DNA of 44,571 nt, taken from a virus. Its lineage: Duplodnaviria > Heunggongvirae > Uroviricota > Caudoviricetes. Positions 35,501 to 44,461 of this stretch are shown here, piece by piece. The stretch spans positions 1-44,571 of the IMG/VR virus record IMGVR_UViG_3300031555_002573. One strand, written 5' to 3'. The notes under the pieces are model-generated. The model made no database searches and was not told the origin of the DNA. It saw only the letters and a program-made list of their open reading frames with translations. The translations under genes and the position numbers were made by a program. Numbering within the stretch: position 1 is the first letter of the stretch; each line of letters begins with the position of its first letter.

Positions 35501-37057
35501 TTGTTAAAGGCTAATGAATATTTTATGTATACTGATGTTGATAGGACAGAGTTTCATATGGTCTATGATGGCACTACTGTTAGACTGAAAGTTGTATTAG
35601 CGGAGGTGTTAAATGATATAAAGGTGGACACTACTTCCAATTCATTGACTTTATTATATAGTGTTCCTATGATGAGTGATAAAAAATCCGATGCTGAAAA
35701 TACTGCTGAAAATGGATTATCCGCGTTTACAGATGATATGTGGTATAAGTTCAGATGTACTGTAACTGAAGAGGATAATAAAATAAAACTAGAAAGTGGA
35801 GTATTGGTCACTCTTGTTGAAAATCAATTGATAGGTGTGAACTCAGGTTCAACTATAAGGGTTTTACTAAATTTGGATAAGATTATTGTCACTAGTGAGG
35901 GAGTCGCTGACAACCTACCCGCTGTGTACTCTGAAGACTATGATGATTTTAAATTAAATTCTTATGGAGCATTTCACAAAAGCTCTTCTGGTGTGCTTTG
36001 GTATCCAATAGAAGGAGACTTGAATTGCTACACTATTCAATATAGACCAGATTCTTCTAGTTCTTGGACTACCTTGCCGGAGTCTCCTAATAAGGAGTTG
36101 GCGTGGAATGCCTATATGATATTGAATCTAAATGCTGGTTCTAAATCACCTCAAAAATTAAGTGGTGAGCATAAGCAGAGAATGTTATTTAAAACAATTG
36201 ATAGTGACATCTCCGAAATAGGGGTCAACTCTATTGAAGCCTCGGATGGCTATGATTACTATGTACAAACGAGTAGAGCTGTTAATTTAACTGGTGGAGA
36301 AAATATTGACATAACCGGTATAGATGATAAGGGTGAAACTGTGTACATGTCTGTATTAATCTATCAAGCTACTACAGATACTATGAAGTATTTTAATGTT
36401 AACGAGATATTATCATTTACGGCTACAATTGAAAATTTTGAGGATAGATATATTATTTCTGCCTCTCCTAAGATAAATGACAGTTCGGCATCAGGTCAGA
36501 TAGTATTAAACTGCGAATTTATAAAGGATGACAATAACAACAAAAACTGGGTAATTTTGCCAATAGAAATACCAGTTGATATTAAATGTGATTCATTTGT
36601 CATGCAAGTGGCATCGGAGTATACTGATAGTGTCACAACATATGTACCATTTACTGTATATGGAATTAATAATTATAACGAAACTACAGTTAACTTTTTA
36701 GATAGTGATGAGAAGAAAGTTCCTTATGGAATGTATTATGCTATATTGCCACCAACAGTCAAGCATATTATTTTTAGCATTATAAACATTATGGAACCAA
36801 TTGAATTTAACACTAGACCTATTTATTTATATACATATGCTCTTTCAGATATTGTGGATTTTGATGTTATAAGTGGTGAATTATCTAAGTTAGATAAGGA
36901 TGGAATATTTGATTGTGTATACACTCCTTTGTCAGACACAGAGATAGAAAACCCATTAGAGCCTAAGAGTTACTTTAGTTCTTCTCATATATGGAACAAA
37001 TATGTAATACCTCAAATATCTACTATAAATATAAAAGTTACGAATAAGAGGTCTTAA
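32546..37057 (+). CDS. Baseplate wedge protein (T4 gp6 / gpJ-like) with a long C-terminal extension
   Basis: YINKDF, NESDPGVIL, LGY, KYIQTLGEDGNI, NGRNPETID, LVTLRDY motifs; 1503 aa. Confidence 0.85.
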   Translation: MSNTNPLSNQTYINKDFQAIYPELLGLIKKLTYKWDPTISNESDPGVILVKLNAIIADKNNYNIDKNVLECFPDTVSQESNARKLFSQLGYNMHWYRAATGEATFSWKAEKLLIQELDGIYATIDVPMFTMICDEDKNIVYTVLSDVRFSADNKSSSKSKIIQGVVRDYEVASSKLITGTNLDSKNRLYFPVSNVAENGIFISDTQLNTSEDVFNWVDPELDASSTGSWKKVDNLYTEPVGTKCYSFGVDGTTKACYIEFPSDIANLIGKGIKIKYIQTLGEDGNIAQGIINKFYTDLSMKSNDGEVNIEVSSNTRVTNVSAILNGRNPETIDDAYIGYKKTVGTFDTLVTLRDYLNYIVNEEFEVVSNGLVSDRTNDIQCSYKIVNSFADSTSYKTIITGNENNEPDMLAFDLKTYFLSYSPWPTALAQDIDSQKKSFKTAYDKSFEFVLGDKDDILNTPSKIVGLYSDAKSIQHDFIAKLPNKPLFFKNKFDLNLTVIPTTTVTQIQASEIERNVYEALYNSLRSNKISFGDEILYETVYDICNNADIRIKAIALDNIEYKTFAVMYDSDKEKLEEIEIPKEVPKSTNGNFTKSETIALDTVSKSVLAGVTPLYKKDDRFKFSYGQEDLKCYDVSNVSTFTEIEFDNLQENYNLGKTKKVFDNESVVFYAPSLTDKIKYEVSCKYAYYTTDEYLGNYVESMPANQNIMLEQGQYLVLFWKEEITGNEKDSPYLYAKYGPGDIVHSTTPVKKCTSDAVIRGVSILEGEGQIFGTLNDSVYSELDDFILSTTKTITIKDVNVARLSDPVNDCYWITNRVDTNNNKYELALSCDDKIDKLQHCYLTYVSNGSNDNIVVDVGEDGLARFVVPDGCTLYAFIEGSNSSTGQFNGYCRGSYDSGSVVIIDFDSIKGPSKYPDDKKKNFLINGTPYYNEGIDRWVLHEEFTITNPDFIAAIENVSNTGMYGILEYVLTPVENNKISSFSYLLKANEYFMYTDVDRTEFHMVYDGTTVRLKVVLAEVLNDIKVDTTSNSLTLLYSVPMMSDKKSDAENTAENGLSAFTDDMWYKFRCTVTEEDNKIKLESGVLVTLVENQLIGVNSGSTIRVLLNLDKIIVTSEGVADNLPAVYSEDYDDFKLNSYGAFHKSSSGVLWYPIEGDLNCYTIQYRPDSSSSWTTLPESPNKELAWNAYMILNLNAGSKSPQKLSGEHKQRMLFKTIDSDISEIGVNSIEASDGYDYYVQTSRAVNLTGGENIDITGIDDKGETVYMSVLIYQATTDTMKYFNVNEILSFTATIENFEDRYIISASPKINDSSASGQIVLNCEFIKDDNNNKNWVILPIEIPVDIKCDSFVMQVASEYTDSVTTYVPFTVYGINNYNETTVNFLDSDEKKVPYGMYYAILPPTVKHIIFSIINIMEPIEFNTRPIYLYTYALSDIVDFDVISGELSKLDKDGIFDCVYTPLSDTEIENPLEPKSYFSSSHIWNKYVIPQISTINIKVTNKRS

Positions 37058-37059
37058 AT

Positions 37060-37758
37060 ATGTCCGTTATTAGAAATAAAAATAATGTGCCTGAGATTTA
37101 TGTATCGGAGTCTAGAGACTTTCAGTTGTTTACGAGAGTTCTAGACTTCGTACACAACTCAATAAAATTTGATACTGATTCAATTTTGAATGTGATAAGT
37201 ACTGATGACATTCAAGAAGGCTATTTAGAAAGATTAAAATCTAAATTAGGGTTTTTTACTAAAAACTATTATCCAGATGAAGAATTAAGATTAGCACTTT
37301 GTGCCTTCCCTTATATACTAAAATATAAGGGTTCTTCATTGGGAATATCTATGTGTGTAAATACTTTTATGAAAATAGCAGGAGTAAGAGGAACCCCCAT
37401 TATCACTGTCCATAATAATGACCCAGTATATCCATATACGGTCAGGGTCGGTATTCATAGTTCTGTTATGAACACCCAATTATTAGAGGATATGTTGTCA
37501 TATATTATGCCTCCAGGGTATTTTGTAGATATTTATTTTTATGCTGGAATTAATGTTCCTAAAACTAATATGGATTTAAATAGTAAATTTTATCCTATTG
37601 AAACAACTGGTGTGGAAAGTAGTGTTGTTAGAGTGGAGAAGATAGACACTTCAACAGAGGATATTCCTGCCACTGTAAGAAATAACTCTCTTAACACCGT
37701 TCAATTAACCACTGTTTTTACACCACCAAAGGACGAGGAGGAAGAGCCAAATGAATAA
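37060..37758 (+). CDS. Baseplate wedge protein (gpI / gp7-like)
   Basis: Follows the gp6-like gene; YLERLKSKLGF, ILKYKGSSLGI, YIMPPG motifs. Confidence 0.65.
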   Translation: MSVIRNKNNVPEIYVSESRDFQLFTRVLDFVHNSIKFDTDSILNVISTDDIQEGYLERLKSKLGFFTKNYYPDEELRLALCAFPYILKYKGSSLGISMCVNTFMKIAGVRGTPIITVHNNDPVYPYTVRVGIHSSVMNTQLLEDMLSYIMPPGYFVDIYFYAGINVPKTNMDLNSKFYPIETTGVESSVVRVEKIDTSTEDIPATVRNNSLNTVQLTTVFTPPKDEEEEPNE

Positions 37759-38260
37759 TGGGTTTACTTATACTGGCTCAGTAAGTGTCATTTTTAAAAA
37801 TGGTAAAAAGGTTATAAGTAAGCGTTCATATAATAACGGAAAGCATCTGTTATTTTCTGCTTACTCTATGGCAATATGTGGTATGGATATATCGCAATTG
37901 ATACCAACTCACATATGGTTAGGATATAAGGACAAGGAAAATATTGAGCATAGTTTGTTAACTTCAGATGTGGCTAGTGCCGTTATAAATTATATGGCAA
38001 ATGCTGATGGGGCAGAGTATGATGGATTGCCTTTTACCAGAGTGTCAATAAATCTAAATAGTGCATCAGTTAGAGAGAGTGCTGTGCCAACATCTGGGGT
38101 TAATGCTCTAATTCAACTAAGAACATCCACAGGAAAAGTATTAGCTGAAGTTGAAGCAGACATAATGAATACCTTGTCACAGGTGACTTCAGGCACACAA
38201 GTAATTATAGTTTGGGATTTGTACATTTCTAACAATAAAGACAACAAGGGAGAGGGATAA
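37751..38260 (+). CDS. Hypothetical baseplate/fibre-attachment protein
   Basis: Overlaps the previous gene; beta-rich; ends IIVWDLYI. Confidence 0.55.
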   Translation: MNNGFTYTGSVSVIFKNGKKVISKRSYNNGKHLLFSAYSMAICGMDISQLIPTHIWLGYKDKENIEHSLLTSDVASAVINYMANADGAEYDGLPFTRVSINLNSASVRESAVPTSGVNALIQLRTSTGKVLAEVEADIMNTLSQVTSGTQVIIVWDLYISNNKDNKGEG

Positions 38261-38262
38261 GT

Positions 38263-38811
38263 ATGGCAAATTTAAGTTCTGATAAGGTGTTTGTGTTCCC
38301 ATGTGTTAGTAGAGACATTGGCGAAAGTTCTTCTAATGACCCTTCAAAAAAAGAACTTTCAAATAAATCAAAATTGATGAGTGAAGAAAATATCACAAAT
38401 ATGATAAAATCAATTACTGATAAGTCCTCTTATTTGATAGAATACCTTCCTAATACGGATAGCACTAAAACATTGATAAGATTTGTTTTGGGAGGATATT
38501 ATTTTGAGCTACAGGGTGTAAATCCCTCTAATGAAGAGGGTGTGGACAAATCATTATATGCCATCTTGAAGATGAAAAACACAAGAAATGAGTTTGTAAT
38601 GATTGAGGGAGACAGAAACAATGAATTTGTTGGTATGTCATTAGAAAATTCAATTACACCAACAGAAGATAACAATACTTTTTTACAAATATTTGATTCT
38701 AATGGCGATATTCCAGAGGAAAGCTACATTAAGTTTAACTCAAATAGTGTGCAACAAATTAAGATTGTTATAGATGGTGGAGAAGTTCCAGTTATTAATC
38801 CCGAAGCATAA
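38263..38811 (+). CDS. Hypothetical virion protein
   Basis: GGAGAGG SD; last gene of the baseplate cluster; ends IVIDGG. Confidence 0.55.
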   Translation: MANLSSDKVFVFPCVSRDIGESSSNDPSKKELSNKSKLMSEENITNMIKSITDKSSYLIEYLPNTDSTKTLIRFVLGGYYFELQGVNPSNEEGVDKSLYAILKMKNTRNEFVMIEGDRNNEFVGMSLENSITPTEDNNTFLQIFDSNGDIPEESYIKFNSNSVQQIKIVIDGGEVPVINPEA

Positions 38812-38849
38812 AAATAATTTTTTGAAAATTAAACATATTACACTTTAAA

Positions 38850-38889
38850 TATTGTATATAAAAGTATATGAGAAATCATATACTTTTAT
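38850..38889 (+). promoter_or_regulatory. TATTGTATA motif followed by a GAAA-loop hairpin
   Basis: Motif at 38850-38858, then ATAAAAGTATATGA-GAAA-TCATATACTTTTAT; about 58 nt before ATG 38916. Confidence 0.55.
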
Positions 38890-38915
38890 TTATTTTTGAG
38901 AGGATATAAACTAAA

Positions 38916-39221
38916 ATGAAACCAAAACAACTTAGAGTTATTAAATGCCCAACTTGTGGATACGAGTATTTACCGGCTGAAATTTATTTGCCAAATGATT
39001 TTCTAGGTAAGCCTTATAATATAATAAGAGATTCATCAGGAAAGATTATTGGGTATGATGGAAATAAAATGAATGATGTTGAAACTTATTTGTGTGATAA
39101 TTGTCTTTCCGAGTTTGAGGTGACATCTACCACAAATTTTGTTTCTAAAAAGATTGGTGTAGATACACCCTACCATGAAACAAAATTACATACAGATAAA
39201 TTGTTTTTAAGTGAGATGTAA
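38916..39221 (+). CDS. Zinc-ribbon protein
   Basis: CPTC ... CDNC pairs; GAGAGG SD. Confidence 0.7.
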   Translation: MKPKQLRVIKCPTCGYEYLPAEIYLPNDFLGKPYNIIRDSSGKIIGYDGNKMNDVETYLCDNCLSEFEVTSTTNFVSKKIGVDTPYHETKLHTDKLFLSEM

Positions 39222-39222
39222 T

Positions 39223-40896
39223 ATGATTTTAATACAAGAGAAAAATAGTGTTAAAATGCCAGGTATGACATCACTGTTTGTGTCTTTTCCTTATAATAAG
39301 GATGTAATTGACCATATTAAATCTACTCCACATTATCACTATGATAAGACTACGAAAGAGTGGGAAGTGCCCATAACTTCCCTGTCTCTTATGCTCCCTA
39401 CCTTGAATTCTTATGACGATGTTAAAATTGAGTTGTTGCCAGACAAACATAAGAAAGAAAAAAAATTTGAGCTTGCTGATTATAAAACAACTCCTTTTTC
39501 TTATCAGCAAGATGGAATTCAGTATGGGCTTAATCACGATAAGTGGTTATTATTAGATGCCCCTGGATTGGGTAAAACACTACAACTGACATATTTAGCA
39601 CAAGAATTAAAGGAAAGAAAAAACATAGAGCATTGTTTAATTATTTGTGGAATTAACACGCTTAAAACAAACTGGAAAAAAGAGATACAAAAGCATTCAA
39701 ATTTGTCCTGTATGATATTAGGCGAAAGAGTTAACACAAAGGGAAAGACAGTGTTTGAGGGTGTGCAGTATCGTCTTAATCAGTTAAATAATCCTATTGA
39801 TGAGTTTTTTGTTATCACGAATGTAGAAACATTGAGGGATGATAAAATAGTAAAAGCACTTAATAAGGGCAAAAATAAATTCGATATGATTATTTTTGAC
39901 GAAATCCATGTATGTAAGTCCCCAACTTCTATTCAAGGTAAAAATCTTTTGAAGCTTAAATCTGCTAAGTACAAGGTTGGCGCTACTGGAACTCTTTTGA
40001 TGAACAACCCCTTGGACACTTTTATGGCATTGAAATGGATAGGAGCAGAGAAGGCAAGCTACACAAATTTTAAGTATTATTATTGCTTATATGGTGGACA
40101 ATTCAACAATGAGTTATTAGGGTATCGTAATTTAGATGTGTTAAAGCATACATTGAGTACTTGTACCTTAAGACGAGATAAATCTCTACTAAATTTGCCA
40201 CCAAAGACAATCATCAATGAATTGGTGGATATGCCTGACAGACAAAGAAAGTTCTATGATGATGTTAAGGCCGGCATTAAAGATGAGGTTGATAAGGTTA
40301 AATTAAGACCAACTGTGTTGTTAAGTATGGTAATGAGGTTAAGACAAGCAACCGCATATCCAGGTATACTATCAACAGAAAATATACCATCTGGAAAAAT
40401 AGATAGATGTTGTGACTTGGTTGAACAAATAGTTTCCAGTGGGAATAAGGTAGTTGTGTTTTCTACATTCAAAGAAACATTGGAGACGCTAAAGGAAAGA
40501 CTTAAATGCTATAATCCTTTGGTTGGTACTGGTGATATTTCAGACGAAGAGATATCCTCTAATGTAGATAAATTTCAAACGAATGATAAGAACAAGATAT
40601 TTTTAGGCACTTGGCAAAAGTGTGGTACGGGACTCACACTAACTGCTGCCACTTATATGATATTTATAGACACACCTTGGACAGACGCCGCTTTTGAACA
40701 AGCTTGTGATAGAATATATCGTATAGGTACTACAAAACCCGTAACAATTTACAATTTAATAACGAGTGACTCTATTGATGAACGAGTATTAGAAATAGTT
40801 AGCGACAAGGCAGCTCTTGCTGACTATGTTATAGATGACACTATTACGGAAAGTGGCTTGAATTCATTGAGAAAGTACATAGAGGAATTGAGATAG
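39223..40896 (+). CDS. SNF2-family (SF2) helicase/ATPase
   Basis: PFSYQ, APGLGKT, FDEIH, ATGT, GTGLTL, QACDRIYRIG; HARP-like N-terminus. ATG 39223 is preferred over GTG 39211. Confidence 0.9.
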   Translation: MILIQEKNSVKMPGMTSLFVSFPYNKDVIDHIKSTPHYHYDKTTKEWEVPITSLSLMLPTLNSYDDVKIELLPDKHKKEKKFELADYKTTPFSYQQDGIQYGLNHDKWLLLDAPGLGKTLQLTYLAQELKERKNIEHCLIICGINTLKTNWKKEIQKHSNLSCMILGERVNTKGKTVFEGVQYRLNQLNNPIDEFFVITNVETLRDDKIVKALNKGKNKFDMIIFDEIHVCKSPTSIQGKNLLKLKSAKYKVGATGTLLMNNPLDTFMALKWIGAEKASYTNFKYYYCLYGGQFNNELLGYRNLDVLKHTLSTCTLRRDKSLLNLPPKTIINELVDMPDRQRKFYDDVKAGIKDEVDKVKLRPTVLLSMVMRLRQATAYPGILSTENIPSGKIDRCCDLVEQIVSSGNKVVVFSTFKETLETLKERLKCYNPLVGTGDISDEEISSNVDKFQTNDKNKIFLGTWQKCGTGLTLTAATYMIFIDTPWTDAAFEQACDRIYRIGTTKPVTIYNLITSDSIDERVLEIVSDKAALADYVIDDTITESGLNSLRKYIEELR

Positions 40897-40925
40897 AAAA
40901 TTTTTTATTTTCTATCTCTTTTTTT
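40890..40925 (+). terminator. Intrinsic terminator after the helicase
   Basis: GAGATAGAAAAT-loop-ATTTTCTATCTC followed by a 7-T tract. Confidence 0.8.
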
Positions 40926-40927
40926 AG

Positions 40928-40956
40928 TTGACAAACATAGCCTATATGATTATAAT
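40928..40956 (+). promoter_or_regulatory. Perfect sigmaA/sigma70 promoter (early)
   Basis: TTGACA (40928-40933), 17-nt spacer, TATAAT (40951-40956); 30 nt before ATG 40987. Confidence 0.88.
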
Positions 40957-40986
40957 ATGTGTACAGGTAGGTGAGTATATTATAAA

Positions 40987-41766
40987 ATGTTAGAAGAATA
41001 CAAAAAAATTTATGAGGCCTCTGCTGATTTATATGTTCCTAATTGGAGAAATATAAATAAGAACATACTAGTAAAGCAAGCAATTGAATGTGCAAATACT
41101 CCAAGTGAGGACGGCTACATAGGGGCGATTATGCTTAAATATTGGGAGAAGATGTTGAAGTATTATCGTTGGTGCAAACTTGTAATAACTCCAGAGGATG
41201 CTCATTGTTGGTTGACCCAAGCAGTTATGTACGCAATAGAACAACACCCTTGGACAAGAGAGAAAAGCTCTATTTATGATGACCCAAACGGACCCGATAA
41301 GGTTATAAATAGAGTGTTGGAATCGAAAAGAGTCACTTTTTATCAACAACTAAACAGATACAATAGAAAAATAAATAGTTCCACAGTAAGTTTGAATTTG
41401 TTGGTTGACCTTTACGGTGACGGATTAGATGGCCCCATTACAACCTCTGATGAGACACTTGTTATGATTGATGAACTAATTTTAAATTTTTTCAAAAGTA
41501 AGGAGTATTTCTTAGCTTTTCTAGTGGACTCTATTGTATATGAAGGATACGAACTAGACAATCATAGTAAAAAGTTGGTAACACATCTAAGAGTTATGAG
41601 TGATGAATATTGTGACACATTTTCAATTAGACATTGCTTACCATTGAGTAGAGTGGTGAAGGCAAGTACATATATAACGAGAATGACAAGATTTAGAATA
41701 AAAAATAAGTTGAAGTCATCAGTATTTGAATTACAAAAATTTCTGAAAACTCAGTGGGGTGTATAA
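40987..41766 (+). CDS. Hypothetical protein, candidate divergent sigma-factor-like regulator
   Basis: Helical pattern IMLKYW...PEDAHCWLTQAVMYAI...RYNRKIN...VSLNLL is reminiscent of sigma70 region 2 through the SLD-like motif; first gene after the sigmaA promoter. Confidence 0.4.
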   Translation: MLEEYKKIYEASADLYVPNWRNINKNILVKQAIECANTPSEDGYIGAIMLKYWEKMLKYYRWCKLVITPEDAHCWLTQAVMYAIEQHPWTREKSSIYDDPNGPDKVINRVLESKRVTFYQQLNRYNRKINSSTVSLNLLVDLYGDGLDGPITTSDETLVMIDELILNFFKSKEYFLAFLVDSIVYEGYELDNHSKKLVTHLRVMSDEYCDTFSIRHCLPLSRVVKASTYITRMTRFRIKNKLKSSVFELQKFLKTQWGV

Positions 41767-42492
41767 ATGCTTATAGAGTTGCTTAGTCCTTCAAATTACA
41801 TCAGTTTCAATATTAAACTAGCAGAGATTTTTGGATTACATTCTGCCATTTATATTTCAGAATTACTTAATATAAATGACAAAGCTATTCGTAAAGATAA
41901 GATTCAAGAGTCTAGTTTTATATTGGACAGGGAGTATATTTCAAATAGAACCACTATAAAAGTTGAAGAACAAATTGAGATTGAAAAAAATTTAATTAAG
42001 TTAGGAATTCTTGAAAAGCCCAATGAGAATGAAAATTGTGTTATTTTAAACATAAATGTTCTTACTACTCTTATGATGTCCGCCGATGAAGATTTGGTAG
42101 AGGGCGTCAAAAAACTTTCTAAACTAAAGAGCGAGAAAAAGAAAAGGGGTACAAAGAGTGAAGCAATAAAAGACAATTTGCTTACCAATATAGTTACCAC
42201 TAATATTGAATTGTTAGAGGCTTACAAAGAGTGGATAGACGCTGTGGTGGCCAAAGAGGGTTGGATGTCTAAGAAGGCAGTTCTTTATGGTCAGTCTGTT
42301 ATTGATGAATTTTCTAATCGAGATTTAGATGTGGCATTAGGAGTGTTGGCAATCGCTGCTATGCACGGATATCGAGATATACAATGGGCAATAAATATAT
42401 ATAAAGACCAATATAAGGTTAAGAGAGAATTTAAGACAACAACTCCCGCTGTTAATTTTTCTCCTGTATGTGTGTCAAGTGAGGTGTTTTAA
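41767..42492 (+). CDS. Putative replication initiator (winged-helix N-terminus)
   Basis: FNIKLAEIFGLHSAIYISEL resembles Firmicute phage initiator N-termini; EQIEIEKNLIKLGILE is wHTH-like; directly upstream of the loader and helicase. Confidence 0.55.
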   Translation: MLIELLSPSNYISFNIKLAEIFGLHSAIYISELLNINDKAIRKDKIQESSFILDREYISNRTTIKVEEQIEIEKNLIKLGILEKPNENENCVILNINVLTTLMMSADEDLVEGVKKLSKLKSEKKKRGTKSEAIKDNLLTNIVTTNIELLEAYKEWIDAVVAKEGWMSKKAVLYGQSVIDEFSNRDLDVALGVLAIAAMHGYRDIQWAINIYKDQYKVKREFKTTTPAVNFSPVCVSSEVF

Positions 42493-43190
42493 TGATTACA
42501 TCTAAAGAGTGTTATTTGTTTAATTCTTGTAATAAGTATAAGAGTGGTAAATGTAACTTACAAGATGACAGTTTTTGTATAAAATTATTTAAACTAAACT
42601 ATTTATATGATGAGTCGTTGTTAAGTAATAAGCAACGAGAGTATGTAGCATTACATATTGACTCAGATGGCACAGATAGAGAACAGTTCTTAAGATTGAA
42701 AAGCATTGAGAATAATATAGAACAGTTTGTTAATGAAGGACATAATTTGTACATTCATTCTGCTACTTGTGGGAATGGAAAGACATGTTGGGCAATAAGA
42801 ATGATTCAGTCTTATATGAATTCCATTTGGCATAAGTGTGATTTAAGTTGTAAGGCATTATTCATAAATGTCCCAAGATTTTTATTGGCTCTTAAGGATA
42901 ACATATCAAACCCAAGTGAATATGTAGAACATATTAAAAAACACATACTCGATGTGGACATAGTTGTTTGGGATGAGTTGGGAATAAAGAATGCCACCCA
43001 ATTTGAGCATGAACATCTTTTAAATTTAATAAACACCAGAATTGATTATAATAAAACTAATATTTATACTTCCAATCTTACCTCACAAGAGTTGTTGGAA
43101 AGATTGGGGGAAAGACTTCATTCGAGAATATTTAATTTGTCAGTTGACATTGAATTGTTCGGTAGAGACAAGAGAGGGTTGAGTACTTGA
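42492..43190 (+). CDS. DnaC/IstB-like AAA+ helicase loader
   Basis: LYIHSATCGNGKT (Walker A), VVWDELG (Walker B), LINTR, IYTSNL, RLHSRI, GRDKR; Cys-rich N-terminus. Confidence 0.88.
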   Translation: MITSKECYLFNSCNKYKSGKCNLQDDSFCIKLFKLNYLYDESLLSNKQREYVALHIDSDGTDREQFLRLKSIENNIEQFVNEGHNLYIHSATCGNGKTCWAIRMIQSYMNSIWHKCDLSCKALFINVPRFLLALKDNISNPSEYVEHIKKHILDVDIVVWDELGIKNATQFEHEHLLNLINTRIDYNKTNIYTSNLTSQELLERLGERLHSRIFNLSVDIELFGRDKRGLST

Positions 43191-44461
43191 TTCAATTACA
43201 ATTTTTAAATAGGGTGCTAGACACAAGGGATGCTTCCCTCATTGTGATTAACAATCTTACAGAGGAATATTTCTCTGACTATTTGGGTGAGTTTAGATAT
43301 ATTAGAACTCACTTGGACACATATGGTAATGTGCCAGATAAGGAGAGCTTTCTATCAAAGTTTCCGGAGTTTGATGTTCTAAATGTTACAGAAACTGATT
43401 CTTACTTGATAGATGAATTATATCAAGACAGAAACAAAAGATTTCTTGCCAGAACATTTAATAATATTCGAAAACTACTAAATGATGGAAGAACAGAAGA
43501 GGCAATGAATGTCTATACACAGGCCTCTCAAGATATGACAAAGGCTCTTCATTTGGATTGTGTTGACATAATTAGAGATACATCTAGATATGATGATTAT
43601 GTTGAAAAATGTAAAGATTTTAGTAAGTTCTATATTAGAACTGGATTCAAAGAGTTGGATGAGTTAATTGGTGGCTGGGATAGAAATGAGGAATTGGCTA
43701 CCATTGTTGCTCGACCAGGTGTTGGTAAGTCTTGGATTTTGCTAATGATTGCAAAAGCTGCCCTCGAACAAGGATTAAGAGTTGGTATATACTCTGGTGA
43801 AATGAGTGAGAATAAAGTCGGATATCGTTTTGATACTCTTGTTTCTCATATTTCTAATAGTGGAATTATGAGAGGTAATTCAACCCTTCAAAATGAGTAT
43901 AAGGTATATATTGATAGCTTGTCAGAGAAGTTTAAGGGATGCTTAAAAGTTATTACACCGGCAATGATAAATGGACCTGCGGGTGTAACTGCTTTAAGAG
44001 CTTTTGTTGAAAAAGAAAAATTAGATATTCTTTGTATTGACCAACACTCACTTCTTGAAGATGACCGTAGAGCAAGGAATGCTGTTGACAAAGCAGCGAA
44101 TATTTCAAGAGACTTGAAAAATTTACAGGTCTTAAAAAAGATTCCCATTATTGCTGTATCGCAACAAAATCGAAGTGCCACTGATGATGGTCCTAGCACT
44201 GCCAATGTCGCACAATCTGACAGAATCTCACAAGATAGTACTGTCATTGTATTTCTTGAGCAAAAGGACGGAATACTTACACTAAATCTTGTAAAAGCAA
44301 GAGACAGTGTTAATGGTAAGAAAATACACTACGCATATGATTTTGATAAGGGAATATTTACTTATATGCCAGAAGAGAGTGACCCGTTAAGTAATTCTCA
44401 TTGTGAGGAGTTAAGAAAAGAGTTTGAAATGGAATCCCCACAAGGAGAGGATGTTTTTTAA
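43187..44461 (+). CDS. dnaB: Replicative DNA helicase, DnaB family
   Basis: TGFKELD, ARPGVGKS, YSGEM, CIDQHSL, ISRDLKNL, VSQQNR, SDRISQDS, KAR; TTG start overlaps the previous stop. Confidence 0.92.
   Translation: MIQLQFLNRVLDTRDASLIVINNLTEEYFSDYLGEFRYIRTHLDTYGNVPDKESFLSKFPEFDVLNVTETDSYLIDELYQDRNKRFLARTFNNIRKLLNDGRTEEAMNVYTQASQDMTKALHLDCVDIIRDTSRYDDYVEKCKDFSKFYIRTGFKELDELIGGWDRNEELATIVARPGVGKSWILLMIAKAALEQGLRVGIYSGEMSENKVGYRFDTLVSHISNSGIMRGNSTLQNEYKVYIDSLSEKFKGCLKVITPAMINGPAGVTALRAFVEKEKLDILCIDQHSLLEDDRRARNAVDKAANISRDLKNLQVLKKIPIIAVSQQNRSATDDGPSTANVAQSDRISQDSTVIVFLEQKDGILTLNLVKARDSVNGKKIHYAYDFDKGIFTYMPEESDPLSNSHCEELRKEFEMESPQGEDVF

Noticed and set aside
20575..38811. Stand-alone contractile injection system / tailocin
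   Set aside because: Terminase, portal, protease, capsid and replication genes are contiguous with it, so this is a phage tail.
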